From a bacterium (GTDB lineage: Bacteria > Chloroflexota > Dormibacteria > Aeolococcales > Bog-877), in contig JAKBTP010000117.1 of assembly GCA_021844355.1 (NCBI GenBank), forward strand, positions 1 through 44,611: a stretch of 44,611 bases of DNA, read 5' to 3'. The notes beneath the pieces are model-generated. The model did no database searches. It was not told the DNA's origin and worked only from the letters and a program-made list of their open reading frames with translations. The position numbers and the translations under genes were made by a program. Positions 31,862 through 40,830 of this stretch are shown here, piece by piece. Every line of letters starts with the position of its first letter. Within the stretch, counting starts at the first letter, position 1.

Positions 31862-33376
31862 GTGCCCTTCAACCTAAGCACGCGCGAGCCCGGCGAGGGC
31901 TCTCCCCTGACCCGCCCCCGTCGCCGGCCCTCCTCGGGGGGTGGGTGCCATGTGCCCATGGCCTGGCTGCCTGGAAACAGGTTGACGCGCCTCGCGCTGG
32001 CCACCGCGCTGGGCCTCTCGGCCCTGATCACCCTGGGGCCCGCCGTGGCCCCGGCGGCCAGTGCCGCCACCAGCACCAAGTACTACTTGGCCAGCGCCAG
32101 CCCGAGCCCCATCTACGTGGCGACGCCGACGGTGGTCACCGTCACCTTGACCAACAGCGCCAGCAGCCAGCAGTCGTTTGGCTCGGCTGAACTCACCATC
32201 GGCACCCTACCCGAGAGCGCGGTCACGATCGGCCAGACGCCGGCGGGATGGCAGGCGGCCTTCGTCGGGACCGGAACTCCGGCGGTCGTGAAGCTCACCA
32301 ACCCCTCCGGCTCGCCGGTCGCTCCAGGCGGTTCCATCTCCCTGCCGCTGACCTTGACCCCGCCCACCGCCGCCTCGATCACGATCGGCACCGAGGTCAA
32401 GCAGGCCAACGACTTCTCCGGGTCAGGCAACGCCTTCGTGCTGCAGGGCGCCGACCCGACCATCACGGTGATGCCTCTCTACCTGCACTTCTCACAGCAG
32501 CCACCCAGCTACCTGCAGCAGTCCGACCCCAAGACGGGCTCCTACAGCTACATGTGCCCTCCGGTCACCGTGGAGCTCCTGAACTCCGGCGGAAGCCTCG
32601 TCCCCGCGACCGGGGTCTCCGTCACGATCTCCTCCGGCTCCGGCGATCCTGGGCTCTACTACGGCACCTCCCCGATCACCAGCGTGACCCAGGCCACCTC
32701 GGGCGGTTACGCGACCTTCGGCACGATTGACTCCTCCGGCGCCTGCAGCTCCGGGCTGGCCGCCACCAATGTCGGCTCGGGCTTCAGCCTGATCGCCAGC
32801 TCTCCGGCCGCCACCAGCACGGTTTCGTCGAGCCTCTTCTCAGTCGTGCAGTCGCTGCAGATCTGCACCAGCAGCCCCTGCACCGCCAACGTGCAGAGCG
32901 CCAGCACCGGAGCTGCCGGAGCTGTCAGCGCCTCCAACTCAACGGGCGGCCAGTTCTCGCTCCTCAGCTCGTTCGGCTTGGGAGAGACGCTCAGCTGCTC
33001 CGACCTGGTCGCCACGACGCCCCCCGACCCGCTGGTGGCGATCAGCAGCGGGACCACGGGCACCGTGAAGGGGTACATCACTCTCACGTTCCCCAAGGCG
33101 ATCGTGAACTCGCTGGTCAACAATGGCACTCCCCTGATGCCGGTCTGTGTCGGCGCCGAAGCAGCCTTCCCGGCGTCGGTCAGCACCGCGGGGAGCCAGC
33201 AATACCCCTACCAGGGCCTGCTGTACGCCTGTGACAGCTCCGCGTACGCAGCTGCCGTCAGCAGCGGCTCCTACCCGCTCCAGATCTGCGTCGAGTCGTA
33301 CGCCAAGATCCACGGCGGCGCCGAGCAGGTCGTCGTGTACACCAGCTCCCTCGGCGGAGACCCGATGTACTGGTGA
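31862..33376 (+). CDS. secreted Ser/Thr/Ala/Gly-rich multi-domain (Ig-like/CARDB-like) surface protein, no family recognised
   Basis: GTG 31862 has GAGGAGG 8 nt upstream, and ATG 31958 is an alternative start. The signal peptide is RLTRLALATALGLSALITLGPAVAPAASA-ATS. The mature part has very few charged residues and 8 Cys, with beta-strand patterns such as VVTVTLTNSASS and VTVELLNSGGSLVPATGVSVTISSG. It has no LPXTG motif and no C-terminal TM segment. Confidence 0.7.
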   Translation: MPFNLSTREPGEGSPLTRPRRRPSSGGGCHVPMAWLPGNRLTRLALATALGLSALITLGPAVAPAASAATSTKYYLASASPSPIYVATPTVVTVTLTNSASSQQSFGSAELTIGTLPESAVTIGQTPAGWQAAFVGTGTPAVVKLTNPSGSPVAPGGSISLPLTLTPPTAASITIGTEVKQANDFSGSGNAFVLQGADPTITVMPLYLHFSQQPPSYLQQSDPKTGSYSYMCPPVTVELLNSGGSLVPATGVSVTISSGSGDPGLYYGTSPITSVTQATSGGYATFGTIDSSGACSSGLAATNVGSGFSLIASSPAATSTVSSSLFSVVQSLQICTSSPCTANVQSASTGAAGAVSASNSTGGQFSLLSSFGLGETLSCSDLVATTPPDPLVAISSGTTGTVKGYITLTFPKAIVNSLVNNGTPLMPVCVGAEAAFPASVSTAGSQQYPYQGLLYACDSSAYAAAVSSGSYPLQICVESYAKIHGGAEQVVVYTSSLGGDPMYW

Positions 33377-33409
33377 CCCAGCCCCCGCCGCCGCGACCAC
33401 TCCGCGCTG

Positions 33410-33722
33410 GAGGAGCCGGGCAAGACCGGTATGACGAGCCCTCCACCGCCAGCCGGGGTGGGTCCGGCGCGGGGATCCCGGGGAGTCGGAGCCGGCAGAC
33501 GGCGACGTGGTGGCCCGCGCAGCGCGTGCCCACCTGACCTCGCTGGGGGGCCGCCATAAGGCGGGTGGGTGAGGCTGGAGGGCGGGGCCGTCTGGGCGCT
33601 CATCCGCGAGGTGCTGCGGTCCCCGGAGGCGGTGGCCCCCGTCGGCAAGGGACGAGGGGCCGAGTACCGCCCCGGCTACAAGGAGGCGCTGCTCTCCCGG
33701 GACTCGGAGCCGCTCCATCTGA
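33410..33722 (+). pseudogene. degenerate, frame-broken duplicate of the 3' part of the TPR gene (paralogous to 31045..31425)
   Basis: Nucleotide alignment by eye matches GAGGAGCCGGGCAAGACC...GGTGAGGCTGGAGGGCGGGGCCGT...CTCATCCGCGAGGTGC...GTCCCCGGAGGCGGTGG...GCCGAGTA(T/C)CGCCCC...AAGGAGGCGCTG...TCCCGGGACTC(C/G)GAGCCGCTCCA. The best block is about 88% identical, with several indels and an in-frame stop. The residual ORF 33569..33919 begins MRLEGGAVWALIREVLRSPEAV. Confidence 0.75.
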
Positions 33723-34088
33723 CCCAAGCCCAGCGGGCGGGCTTGCTCGGTGAGCCACCGGCGACGATACGGCCCCACCTTCTCAACGCGGCCCGTCCTG
33801 GAAGACGGCGCGGCCTGTTGAGCCCTGGACTACCCCGGAGCCTCGGCCCAGAGCCGCCCCGGCGCGGCGGTCAGCGCGCGCTGGGCCAGGTCCGAATCCA
33901 CCACTCTCCGGAGGAGTAGAGGTGGGGCATTTCCCATCTGGGCCGTTTCTCCGGCCCGATCGGGGCGCCTCCTGAAGCCGCCCAGCCGCAGACGGTCGGC
34001 CGGAGAGCGGCGCTCGCAGATCGCGCCTTCGTCGGTCCGCTCGCCATGGAGGCCGGCCACGTCTCCTCCCTCAGCGGTACGGGATCCC

Positions 34089-34544
34089 TCAGTCCGCGGC
34101 ACCCAGCCCGAGGGGCTTTTCGAAACACGACCGCAGCACCATCATCGACCGGGTGCTCAGCCCGGGAAAGTCCAGCCGGAGCTCCGCCAAGAGCGCGGCG
34201 AGACCCTTGGGGGAGCTCACCCGCACCTTGGCCACGTAGCAGTCGTCGCCGGCGACCTCATGCAGCTCCAGTACTCGGGGATCCTCGGCCAGCCGCCGCT
34301 CCAGCTCCAGCCGGACTTTCGGGTCGCCTCCCAGGGTCATCGAGACCATGGCCGCCGTGCCCAGGCCCAGCAGGTCGGGGTCCAGCAAGGCGGCATATCC
34401 GCGGATCACGCCGCTGTCCTCCAGGCGGTGCACCCGATCATGCACCGCCGGGGCCGATAGCCCCACGGCCTCGCCCAGGCCCGCCAGCGTCATGCGGCCC
34501 TTCAGGGCGAGCAGGCCGAGGATGCGCCTGTCGATGTCGTCCAT
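34089..34544 (-). CDS. Lrp/AsnC-family transcriptional regulator
   Basis: The sequence reads MDDIDRRILGLLALKGRMTLAGLGEAVGLSAPAVHDRVHRLEDSGVIRGY, followed by a RAM/ACT-like C-terminal domain. Confidence 0.9.
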   Translation of the reverse strand: MDDIDRRILGLLALKGRMTLAGLGEAVGLSAPAVHDRVHRLEDSGVIRGYAALLDPDLLGLGTAAMVSMTLGGDPKVRLELERRLAEDPRVLELHEVAGDDCYVAKVRVSSPKGLAALLAELRLDFPGLSTRSMMVLRSCFEKPLGLGAAD

Positions 34545-34627
34545 CGCCGCGATTGTGCCACAAGTTTCGAAGCTCAGGCGCTAGTATTGGCTTGGTTGCT
34601 TAGGACGCCTGGAGTGGGCGCTTACAG

Positions 34628-35575
34628 ATGTTCACCAAACTTCGTGGTTCTCGCTGGCTGGTCGCCTGGGCGGCGCTGGTGGTGGTCTACTTCATGTGGG
34701 GGTCCACCTTCACCGCTATCCAGGTGGCGGTGCGCGAGGTTCCTCCCTTCCTCATGGCCGGCAGCCGCTTCCTGGTCGCTGGAGTGATCCTCTACCTGGT
34801 GGCGGGGAGGACGGCCTCCGGCCGCCACCGGCCCACTTTTCGCGAGGTGCGGTCAGCGGCGGTCGTGGGGGCGCTGCTGCTGCTCGGTGCCAACGGCCTT
34901 GTCAGCTGGGCCGAGCTCCGGGTGCCCTCGGGGATGGCAGCGCTCATGATCGCCACCGTGCCGCTGTGGATGGCCGTCCTGGGGGTGGCGGTCAGCCGCG
35001 CAGCGGGTCCGGGGGTATTGGGCTGGTCCGGGGTGGCGGTGGGCCTGGCCGGGGTCGCGCTCCTCGCCGGACCTGGTTCGGGCGGCCATCTGCGGCCACT
35101 GTTCGCCGCTGCGTTGCTCCTCTCCTCACTCCTCTGGGCCGCCGGGTCCCTGTACTCCAGGTCCGCGCCCCTGCCAAAGAGCCTCCTCCAGGCCTCCGCG
35201 CTGGAGATGCTGGCAGGTGGTCTGGGCCTCCTGGCTCTGGGGGCGGCAACCGGGGAGCTGCACCTGTTCCATGTCCAGCAGGTGGGACCATCCACGCTTC
35301 TGGCGTTTGGCTGGTTGGTGGTGGGGGGATCGCTCCTCGGCTACTCGTGCTACGTGTTCGCACTCGCCAGCCTTCCCACCACCACCGTCGCCACCTACGC
35401 CTACGTCAACCCCTTGGTGGCGATCGTCCTCGGCTGGCTGATCCTCGGGCAGGGGCTCACCCTGGGGACGGTGGCGGCCGCCGGCCTGATCACCCTCGGG
35501 GTGGCGCTGATGGTGAGCGGGCCGGCGCTTGCCCGCCGCAGGCGTCCTGCTCAAGCACTGGTTGAAGGCGGCTGA
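34628..35575 (+). CDS. EamA/DMT-superfamily transporter
   Basis: It has 10 TM segments. The sequence reads WGSTFTAIQVAV...PPFLMAGSRFLVAG and contains a duplicated EamA repeat. It is divergent from the Lrp regulator. Confidence 0.85.
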   Translation: MFTKLRGSRWLVAWAALVVVYFMWGSTFTAIQVAVREVPPFLMAGSRFLVAGVILYLVAGRTASGRHRPTFREVRSAAVVGALLLLGANGLVSWAELRVPSGMAALMIATVPLWMAVLGVAVSRAAGPGVLGWSGVAVGLAGVALLAGPGSGGHLRPLFAAALLLSSLLWAAGSLYSRSAPLPKSLLQASALEMLAGGLGLLALGAATGELHLFHVQQVGPSTLLAFGWLVVGGSLLGYSCYVFALASLPTTTVATYAYVNPLVAIVLGWLILGQGLTLGTVAAAGLITLGVALMVSGPALARRRRPAQALVEGG

Positions 35576-35589
35576 AGAGCGTGTCGGGC

Positions 35590-36444
35590 TCAGAAGAGCA
35601 CTGAGCGCATGGTCCCGATCCTGGTGAAGCCGACCTTCTCGTAGACCCTGATGGCGGGCAGGTTGAAGTCATTGACGAACAGGGTCACGGCGCCGGTGCT
35701 GGCCAGGAGCTGCCGGCAGACCTCTGCCATGCCGGCGGTGGCCCGGCCCTGGCCCCGGAGTTCGGGGTCGGTCCAGACGCCCTGGATCTGGACCGCCTCA
35801 GGGGTCACCGCCGAGCACTCCGCCTTGAATACGATCCTCCCGTCCTCCTCCCACAGGTGCACCCAGCCGCGCCGGATCGCGGTCACCACCCGCTCCCTCC
35901 AGCCGACCGGGTCGAGCTCCAGTGGATCGAAGCCCATCTCCTCCCGGTGCATGGCCGCGCCGGCCTGAGCGACGCGCTCCAGGTCCTGGATCCGGGCCAG
36001 CCGCAGCGGGGCTCGCGGTCCGGCAACCGGGCGCAGCTGCCCCGCGGTCAGCGAGTAATGCGGCTGCTCGCCGCGCAGCAGGCGGACCGGGCGGAGGTCC
36101 CCCTCGCACAGACGCTGCAGCCGTTCCACCTGGTCCTTCGGGCCCACGATCAGCTGAACCCGGTGCAGAGTGGGGCGGAGAGCCTCCGCCAGGGCGCTCA
36201 GGTCGGCGGCCTGGGGCGCCCAGGGCACCAGCAGCGGCCCTCTCAGGGCGACCGCGCGCACCCGCCGCTCCCCCGACCGCTGGACGCCCAGGAGGGCGCC
36301 GTCGCGAAGCGCTCCCCGGCGGACCTCGCTGCGCAGGAACACGTTCTCCAATGGGCTCTGAGCGAGGCACGCCTCGACCTCATCCCGGTCCGCAGCCCAG
36401 AGCTGGCGCACCCGCGGCGGGCGCAGCCGCCCCCTCCTGAGCAC
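35590..36444 (-). CDS. GNAT-family N-acetyltransferase (two-domain, DUF4081-like N-terminus)
   Basis: The C-terminal GNAT motif A reads IQGVWTDPELRGQGRATAGMAEVC...LFVNDFNLPAIRVYEKVGF. Confidence 0.75.
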   Translation of the reverse strand: MLRRGRLRPPRVRQLWAADRDEVEACLAQSPLENVFLRSEVRRGALRDGALLGVQRSGERRVRAVALRGPLLVPWAPQAADLSALAEALRPTLHRVQLIVGPKDQVERLQRLCEGDLRPVRLLRGEQPHYSLTAGQLRPVAGPRAPLRLARIQDLERVAQAGAAMHREEMGFDPLELDPVGWRERVVTAIRRGWVHLWEEDGRIVFKAECSAVTPEAVQIQGVWTDPELRGQGRATAGMAEVCRQLLASTGAVTLFVNDFNLPAIRVYEKVGFTRIGTMRSVLF

Positions 36445-36474
36445 TGGTGGATTATCGCCGGTTTCCCCTCGTCA

Positions 36475-36498
36475 TGCGTACTGATGCATAAATATGCA
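36475..36498. promoter_or_regulatory. ARG-box operator: three TGCAT/ATGCA half-sites at ~10-bp spacing (TGCGT-ACTG-ATGCAT-AAAT-ATGCA) overlapping the argC promoter
   Basis: It is an AT-rich dyad 12 nt upstream of the argC ATG. TGCATAAATATGCA has perfect 5-6 bp arms and resembles Gram-positive/actinobacterial ArgR/AhrC boxes. argR is encoded in the same operon. Confidence 0.6.
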
Positions 36499-36509
36499 AT
36501 ACTCCCGGA

Positions 36510-37535
36510 ATGGAGCAGGCAGCGGTCGCGCCCCGGGTCGGAGTGGCCGGAGCCACGGGATACGCGGGAGCCGAGCTGGTCAGCCTGCTTCTCGAGCACC
36601 CCTCGGCGCAACTCACCCAGGTCAGCTCCCGCAGCCAGGCGGGCCGGGTCCACCGGGAGGCGTGCCTGGGATCGCGCTGCGATCTGGAACTGACTGAGGA
36701 GCTGGATCCCACGACCCTCGAGGTGGTGATCTCGGCCCAGTCCGCTCTTGAGGCGGCCGCTCGGGCGGGCACCTGGCTGGAGAGCGGCGCCCTGGTGATC
36801 GACGTCTCGGCGGACTTCCGCCTCCGGGATCCGGAGCTTTACCCCAGGTGGTATGGCCGCGAACACCCCGCCCCGGGGCTGCTGCAGGAGGCGCAGCTCA
36901 CCGTCCCGGAGCTGGAGCTCGGGTCTCGGGAAGGACGGATCGTCGCCCTTCCCGGGTGCTTCGCCACCGCCGCCATTCTGGCCACCGCCCCGGCACTCCG
37001 CTCTGGGCTGGTCCAGCCCTCGGCGGTGGTGGACGGCAAGACCGGGATCAGTGGGGCCGGCCGGGGGGCCGGGCAGGCCTACCTCTTCTCCGAGTTGGAC
37101 GAGGCAGTGCTTCCCTATGCCGTGCCCGGACACCGACACCAGCCGGAGATCCAGCAGGCGCTCTCGGAGCTGTCGCGGACCGCGGTGGAGGTCACCTTCG
37201 TGCCCCACCTGGTGCCGATGACCAGGGGCATTTGCGTCACCTGCTATCTGCCCTGGGAGGGCCGGCCGGCGCTGGACCGGGTGCTCCAGGAGTACCGGCT
37301 GGCATACGGGGGCAGCCCCTTCGTGCATCTGGTCGAGGCCCCCGTCCCCACCAAGCTGGCGAGCCGAACGAACCACACCTTCATCCACCTGAACTCTCAG
37401 GGATCCCACCTGGTGGTCGAGGCGGTCCTGGACAACCTCGGGCGGGGAGCCGCCTGGCAGGCGGTCCAGGCGCTCAACTGGCGCCTGGGGCTGGACCCCG
37501 CGGCCGGGATCGGCCGGGCGCCCCAATGGCCGTGA
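36510..37535 (+). CDS. argC: N-acetyl-gamma-glutamyl-phosphate reductase
   Basis: The sequence reads VGVAGATGYAGAELV.LL..HP....ALPGCFATAAILA (active-site Cys)... Confidence 0.95.
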   Translation: MEQAAVAPRVGVAGATGYAGAELVSLLLEHPSAQLTQVSSRSQAGRVHREACLGSRCDLELTEELDPTTLEVVISAQSALEAAARAGTWLESGALVIDVSADFRLRDPELYPRWYGREHPAPGLLQEAQLTVPELELGSREGRIVALPGCFATAAILATAPALRSGLVQPSAVVDGKTGISGAGRGAGQAYLFSELDEAVLPYAVPGHRHQPEIQQALSELSRTAVEVTFVPHLVPMTRGICVTCYLPWEGRPALDRVLQEYRLAYGGSPFVHLVEAPVPTKLASRTNHTFIHLNSQGSHLVVEAVLDNLGRGAAWQAVQALNWRLGLDPAAGIGRAPQWP

Positions 37536-38752
37536 GCGAGCCGGCGACCCGCCCCTCGGCGGGCGTGACCATGGCCGCCGGCTTCAGCGCCGGCGTGGCC
37601 ACGGCCGGGGTCCGGGACGGGAGCCTCAGCCGGCCCGACGTGGCGCTGCTGGTGTCCGACCGGGTGGCCGCGGCTGCCGGCGTCTTCACCCGGAACCGGG
37701 TCAAGGCGGCCCCGGTCGTCGTGAGCCAGCTGCACCTCCGCCGGGGGACGGCCCGGGCCGTGGTGGTGAACAGCGGCAACGCCAACGCCGCCACCGGGTC
37801 GCGGGGCCTGGGGGACGCACTGCGCATGGCCCAGGCCGCTGGCGACAGCGTGGACTGCGCTCCCCATGAGGTCCTGGTGGCCTCCACCGGGGTGATCGGG
37901 CGGCCCATGCCCATGGACCGCATCGTCCCCGCGATCTCCCGCGCCGCCGCGGACCTGGGCCCGGGGCGGGGGGCGGAGGCAGCCCGGGCCATCATGACCA
38001 CCGACACCAGGTCCAAGGAGGCCGGGGCGGAGTTCAGGGCGTTCGGAGTCCCCCACCACCTCGGGGGGATGGCCAAGGGCTCGGGGATGATCCATCCGGA
38101 CATGGCGACGCTGCTGGCGTTCCTGACGACGGACGCCCAGGTCCCGGCGCCGGCGCTGCAGGATCTGCTGGTCCGGGTGGTGGGGCGCACCTTCAATCGC
38201 ATCAGCGTGGACGGCGACACCAGCACCAACGACAGCTGCCTGCTCCTCGCCAACGGGGCGGCCGGCTGCCCGCCCCTCACCCCCGGGACCGCCGGGTGGA
38301 GGGAGTTCGAGGAGGCGCTGGACGCGGTCCTCGGCTCCCTGGCCGAGCAGGTGGTGGCGGACGGCGAGGGGGCCACCCGGGTGTTCGAGGTGAGGGTCTC
38401 CGGCGCCGCCACCCCGGACGATGCCCTCCTCGCGGCGCGCTGCGTCAGCAGCTCCCCCCTGGTCAAGACCGCCATCCATGGCGGCGACCCCAACTGGGGC
38501 CGGGTGCTGGCGGCGGTGGGGCGCTCCGGCGCGGAGCTGGCCCTGGACCGCTGCCTGCTCCTCATGCAGGGCGAGGAGCTGTTCACCCGGGGACAGGTGG
38601 TGCCGGGAGCGGTGGAGAGGGTGGCCCCCCGGCTTCTGGCGGAGCGGGTCGTGATCGAGGTCAACCTGGGCGTGGGGGAGGCCGGGGCAAGCGCCCTGGG
38701 CTGCGACCTCAGCGCCGACTACGTGAGGATAAATGCCGACTACTCAACCTGA
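37526..38752 (+). CDS. argJ: bifunctional glutamate N-acetyltransferase / amino-acid acetyltransferase
   Basis: ATG 37526 overlaps the argC end by 10 nt. The sequence reads GVTMAAGFSAGVATAG...VVNSGNANAATG...MIHPDMATLLAFLTTDA (autoprocessing Thr)...DGDTSTND. Confidence 0.95.
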   Translation: MAVSEPATRPSAGVTMAAGFSAGVATAGVRDGSLSRPDVALLVSDRVAAAAGVFTRNRVKAAPVVVSQLHLRRGTARAVVVNSGNANAATGSRGLGDALRMAQAAGDSVDCAPHEVLVASTGVIGRPMPMDRIVPAISRAAADLGPGRGAEAARAIMTTDTRSKEAGAEFRAFGVPHHLGGMAKGSGMIHPDMATLLAFLTTDAQVPAPALQDLLVRVVGRTFNRISVDGDTSTNDSCLLLANGAAGCPPLTPGTAGWREFEEALDAVLGSLAEQVVADGEGATRVFEVRVSGAATPDDALLAARCVSSSPLVKTAIHGGDPNWGRVLAAVGRSGAELALDRCLLLMQGEELFTRGQVVPGAVERVAPRLLAERVVIEVNLGVGEAGASALGCDLSADYVRINADYST

Positions 38753-39626
38753 ACTCACCCCGGTCATCCCCGACAGCCTGCGGGCCCAGGTTCTGGTGGA
38801 GGCGTTGCCCTACATCCAGCGCTTCCACGGCCGCACCCTGGTGGTCAAGCTGGGGGGCGCGGCCATGGAGGAGGCCGCAGCGCGCGATGCGGTCCTTCAG
38901 GATCTCGTGCTGCTGCGCTTCGTGGGCCTGCGCCCCGTCCTGGTGCACGGCGGGGGGCGCGAGATCACCGCGCTCTCGGACCGGCTGGGTCTCGACACCC
39001 AGTTCGTGGCCGGGCTGCGGGTCACGGACGAGCCCACCATGGAGGTGGCCAAGATGGTCCTGACCGGCAAGATCACCCCGGACCTGGTCGCCGCCATCCA
39101 CCGCCTCGGGGGCCGGGCCATGGGGCTCTCGGGGGAGGACGGGCCCACCATCCTGGTGCGGCGCCAGGTGGGCCCCAAGGGGGAGGACCTGGGACTGGTG
39201 GGAGAGGTCCAGGAGGTCAACGCCGACCCGCTTCTGGGGATCCTGGAGCGGGGGATGATCCCGGTGGTGGCCTCGATCGGGCTGGGCTACGACGGGCGCA
39301 GCTACAACGTCAACGCCGACTGGGTGGCGGCCGCCCTCGCCGAGGAGCTGGGGGCCGCCAAGCTGCTGCTCCTGACCGACGTGGAGGGGGTGCGCGGCGG
39401 CGACGGCCGGCTGCTCAGCCGGCTGCCGGTGGCGGAGGCGGAGCAGCTGCTCTCGGATGGCACCGCGAGCTCCGGGATGATCCCCAAGCTCCAGGCCGCC
39501 TGCCATGCCGCCCGGGCCGGGGTGGCGGTCCACATCATCGACGGAAGAGAGCCCCACTCGATCCTTCTGGAGCTGCTCACCGAGGCCGGGGTGGGCACCA
39601 TGATCGACCCACCGGAGACCGCCTGA
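38733..39626 (+). CDS. argB: acetylglutamate kinase
   Basis: The sequence reads LVVKLGGAAM...PVLVHGGG..I...GLRVTD...VNADWVAAALA...LLLLTDVEGV. Confidence 0.95.
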   Translation: MPTTQPELTPVIPDSLRAQVLVEALPYIQRFHGRTLVVKLGGAAMEEAAARDAVLQDLVLLRFVGLRPVLVHGGGREITALSDRLGLDTQFVAGLRVTDEPTMEVAKMVLTGKITPDLVAAIHRLGGRAMGLSGEDGPTILVRRQVGPKGEDLGLVGEVQEVNADPLLGILERGMIPVVASIGLGYDGRSYNVNADWVAAALAEELGAAKLLLLTDVEGVRGGDGRLLSRLPVAEAEQLLSDGTASSGMIPKLQAACHAARAGVAVHIIDGREPHSILLELLTEAGVGTMIDPPETA

Positions 39627-39627
39627 G

Positions 39628-40830
39628 GTGCCGGCATTGGTGGAGCGCGAGGGGGCGCTGCTCTGCGACACCTACCGTCGCCTGCCCATCACCCTGGTCT
39701 CGGGCGCGGGCTGCTGGGTGGAGGCGGAGGACGGCCGGCGGCTGCTGGACCTGGTGGGGGGGATCGCGGTCAACGTCCTTGGGCATTGCCACCCCGAGGT
39801 GGCGGAGGCGGCCGGCCGGCAGCTTCACCGGCTGATGCACACCAGCAACCTCTATCACACCGGAGAGCCGGTGGAACTGGCCGCGCGGCTGGTCCGGAGC
39901 GCCTTTCCGGGCCGGGTCTTCCTCTGCAACAGCGGCGCCGAGGCCAACGAGGCTGCCATCAAGATAGCCAGGAAGTGGGGACAGCGGCACCGCGGCGGGG
40001 CTCACACCATAGTCACGCTGGAGGGCGCCTTCCACGGCCGCACCCTGGGAGCCCTGGCGGCCACCGGCAACCCCCACTACTCCGCACCCTTCCAACCGCT
40101 TCCGAATGGCTTCCTTAAGGTTCCGCGCGATGACCTCGGCGCCGTGGAGGCGGCCCTCCGGGACGGGAGCCGGCCGGTGGTGGCGGTGATGGCCGAGCCC
40201 ATCCAGGGCGAGAGCGGGGTGCATCCACTCGGCGACCAGTACCTCAGGGGGCTGCGCGAGCTCTGCGACCGTCATGAGGCACTTTTGATCCTGGATGAGG
40301 TCCAGTCCGGGATGGCCCGCACCGGCAGGTGGTGGGCCCACCAGCCGGCGGGGGCGGTGCCGGACGTCATGACCGCGGCCAAGGGGCTGGGCGGGGGCCT
40401 ACCGTTGGGGGCAGTGCTGGTGGCCGGTCGGGCCGACGTCCTGGAACCCGGCGATCACGGGAGCACCTTCGGGGGCAACCCGGTCGCCTGCGCCGCCGGA
40501 AGCGCGGTGTTCGACGTCATCGGCCGGGACCGGCTCTGGGAGAGGGCAGCCACCGCCGGGGACCAGCTCCGGGAGGGGATCCTGGGGCTGGCCCAGAGGG
40601 GGCTGCCGGTGTCCGAGGTGCGGGGCAGGGGGCTGCTCCTGGGGGTGGGCCTCGACCGCCCCATCGCCCCCCTTGTGGCTCAGGAGGCGCTGGCCCAGGG
40701 GGTGCTGCTCAACGCCATCGGGGAGCGGACCATCCGTCTCGCGCCCCCGCTGGTCATCTCAGACGATGAGGTCGAACTGGCCGTGGCGCGGCTGGCCGGG
40801 GCGCTGGAGCGCGCGGGGGCCGCCAGTTGA
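39628..40830 (+). CDS. argD: acetylornithine aminotransferase
   Basis: The sequence reads GIAVNVLGHCHP...FLCNSGAEANEAAIK...LILDEVQSGMARTG...MTAAKGLGGGLP (PLP Lys)...GSTFGGNP. Confidence 0.95.
   Translation: MPALVEREGALLCDTYRRLPITLVSGAGCWVEAEDGRRLLDLVGGIAVNVLGHCHPEVAEAAGRQLHRLMHTSNLYHTGEPVELAARLVRSAFPGRVFLCNSGAEANEAAIKIARKWGQRHRGGAHTIVTLEGAFHGRTLGALAATGNPHYSAPFQPLPNGFLKVPRDDLGAVEAALRDGSRPVVAVMAEPIQGESGVHPLGDQYLRGLRELCDRHEALLILDEVQSGMARTGRWWAHQPAGAVPDVMTAAKGLGGGLPLGAVLVAGRADVLEPGDHGSTFGGNPVACAAGSAVFDVIGRDRLWERAATAGDQLREGILGLAQRGLPVSEVRGRGLLLGVGLDRPIAPLVAQEALAQGVLLNAIGERTIRLAPPLVISDDEVELAVARLAGALERAGAAS

Noticed and set aside
31045-33722. The two related segments could be the template and variable repeats of a diversity-generating retroelement.
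   Set aside because: No reverse transcriptase is present in the window. The differences are not restricted to adenine positions (for example CAACGTC against CTGGGCG). There are multiple indels, and the second copy is frame-broken. A decaying duplication fits better.
33730-34128. ORFs sit between the duplicated fragment and the Lrp gene (33830..34102 -, 33871..34128 -, and the tail of 33569..33919 +). They could be remnants of an integrase or transposase.
   Set aside because: The translations show no recombinase, transposase or other motifs and have weak coding character. I saw no flanking inverted repeats or att-like tRNA.
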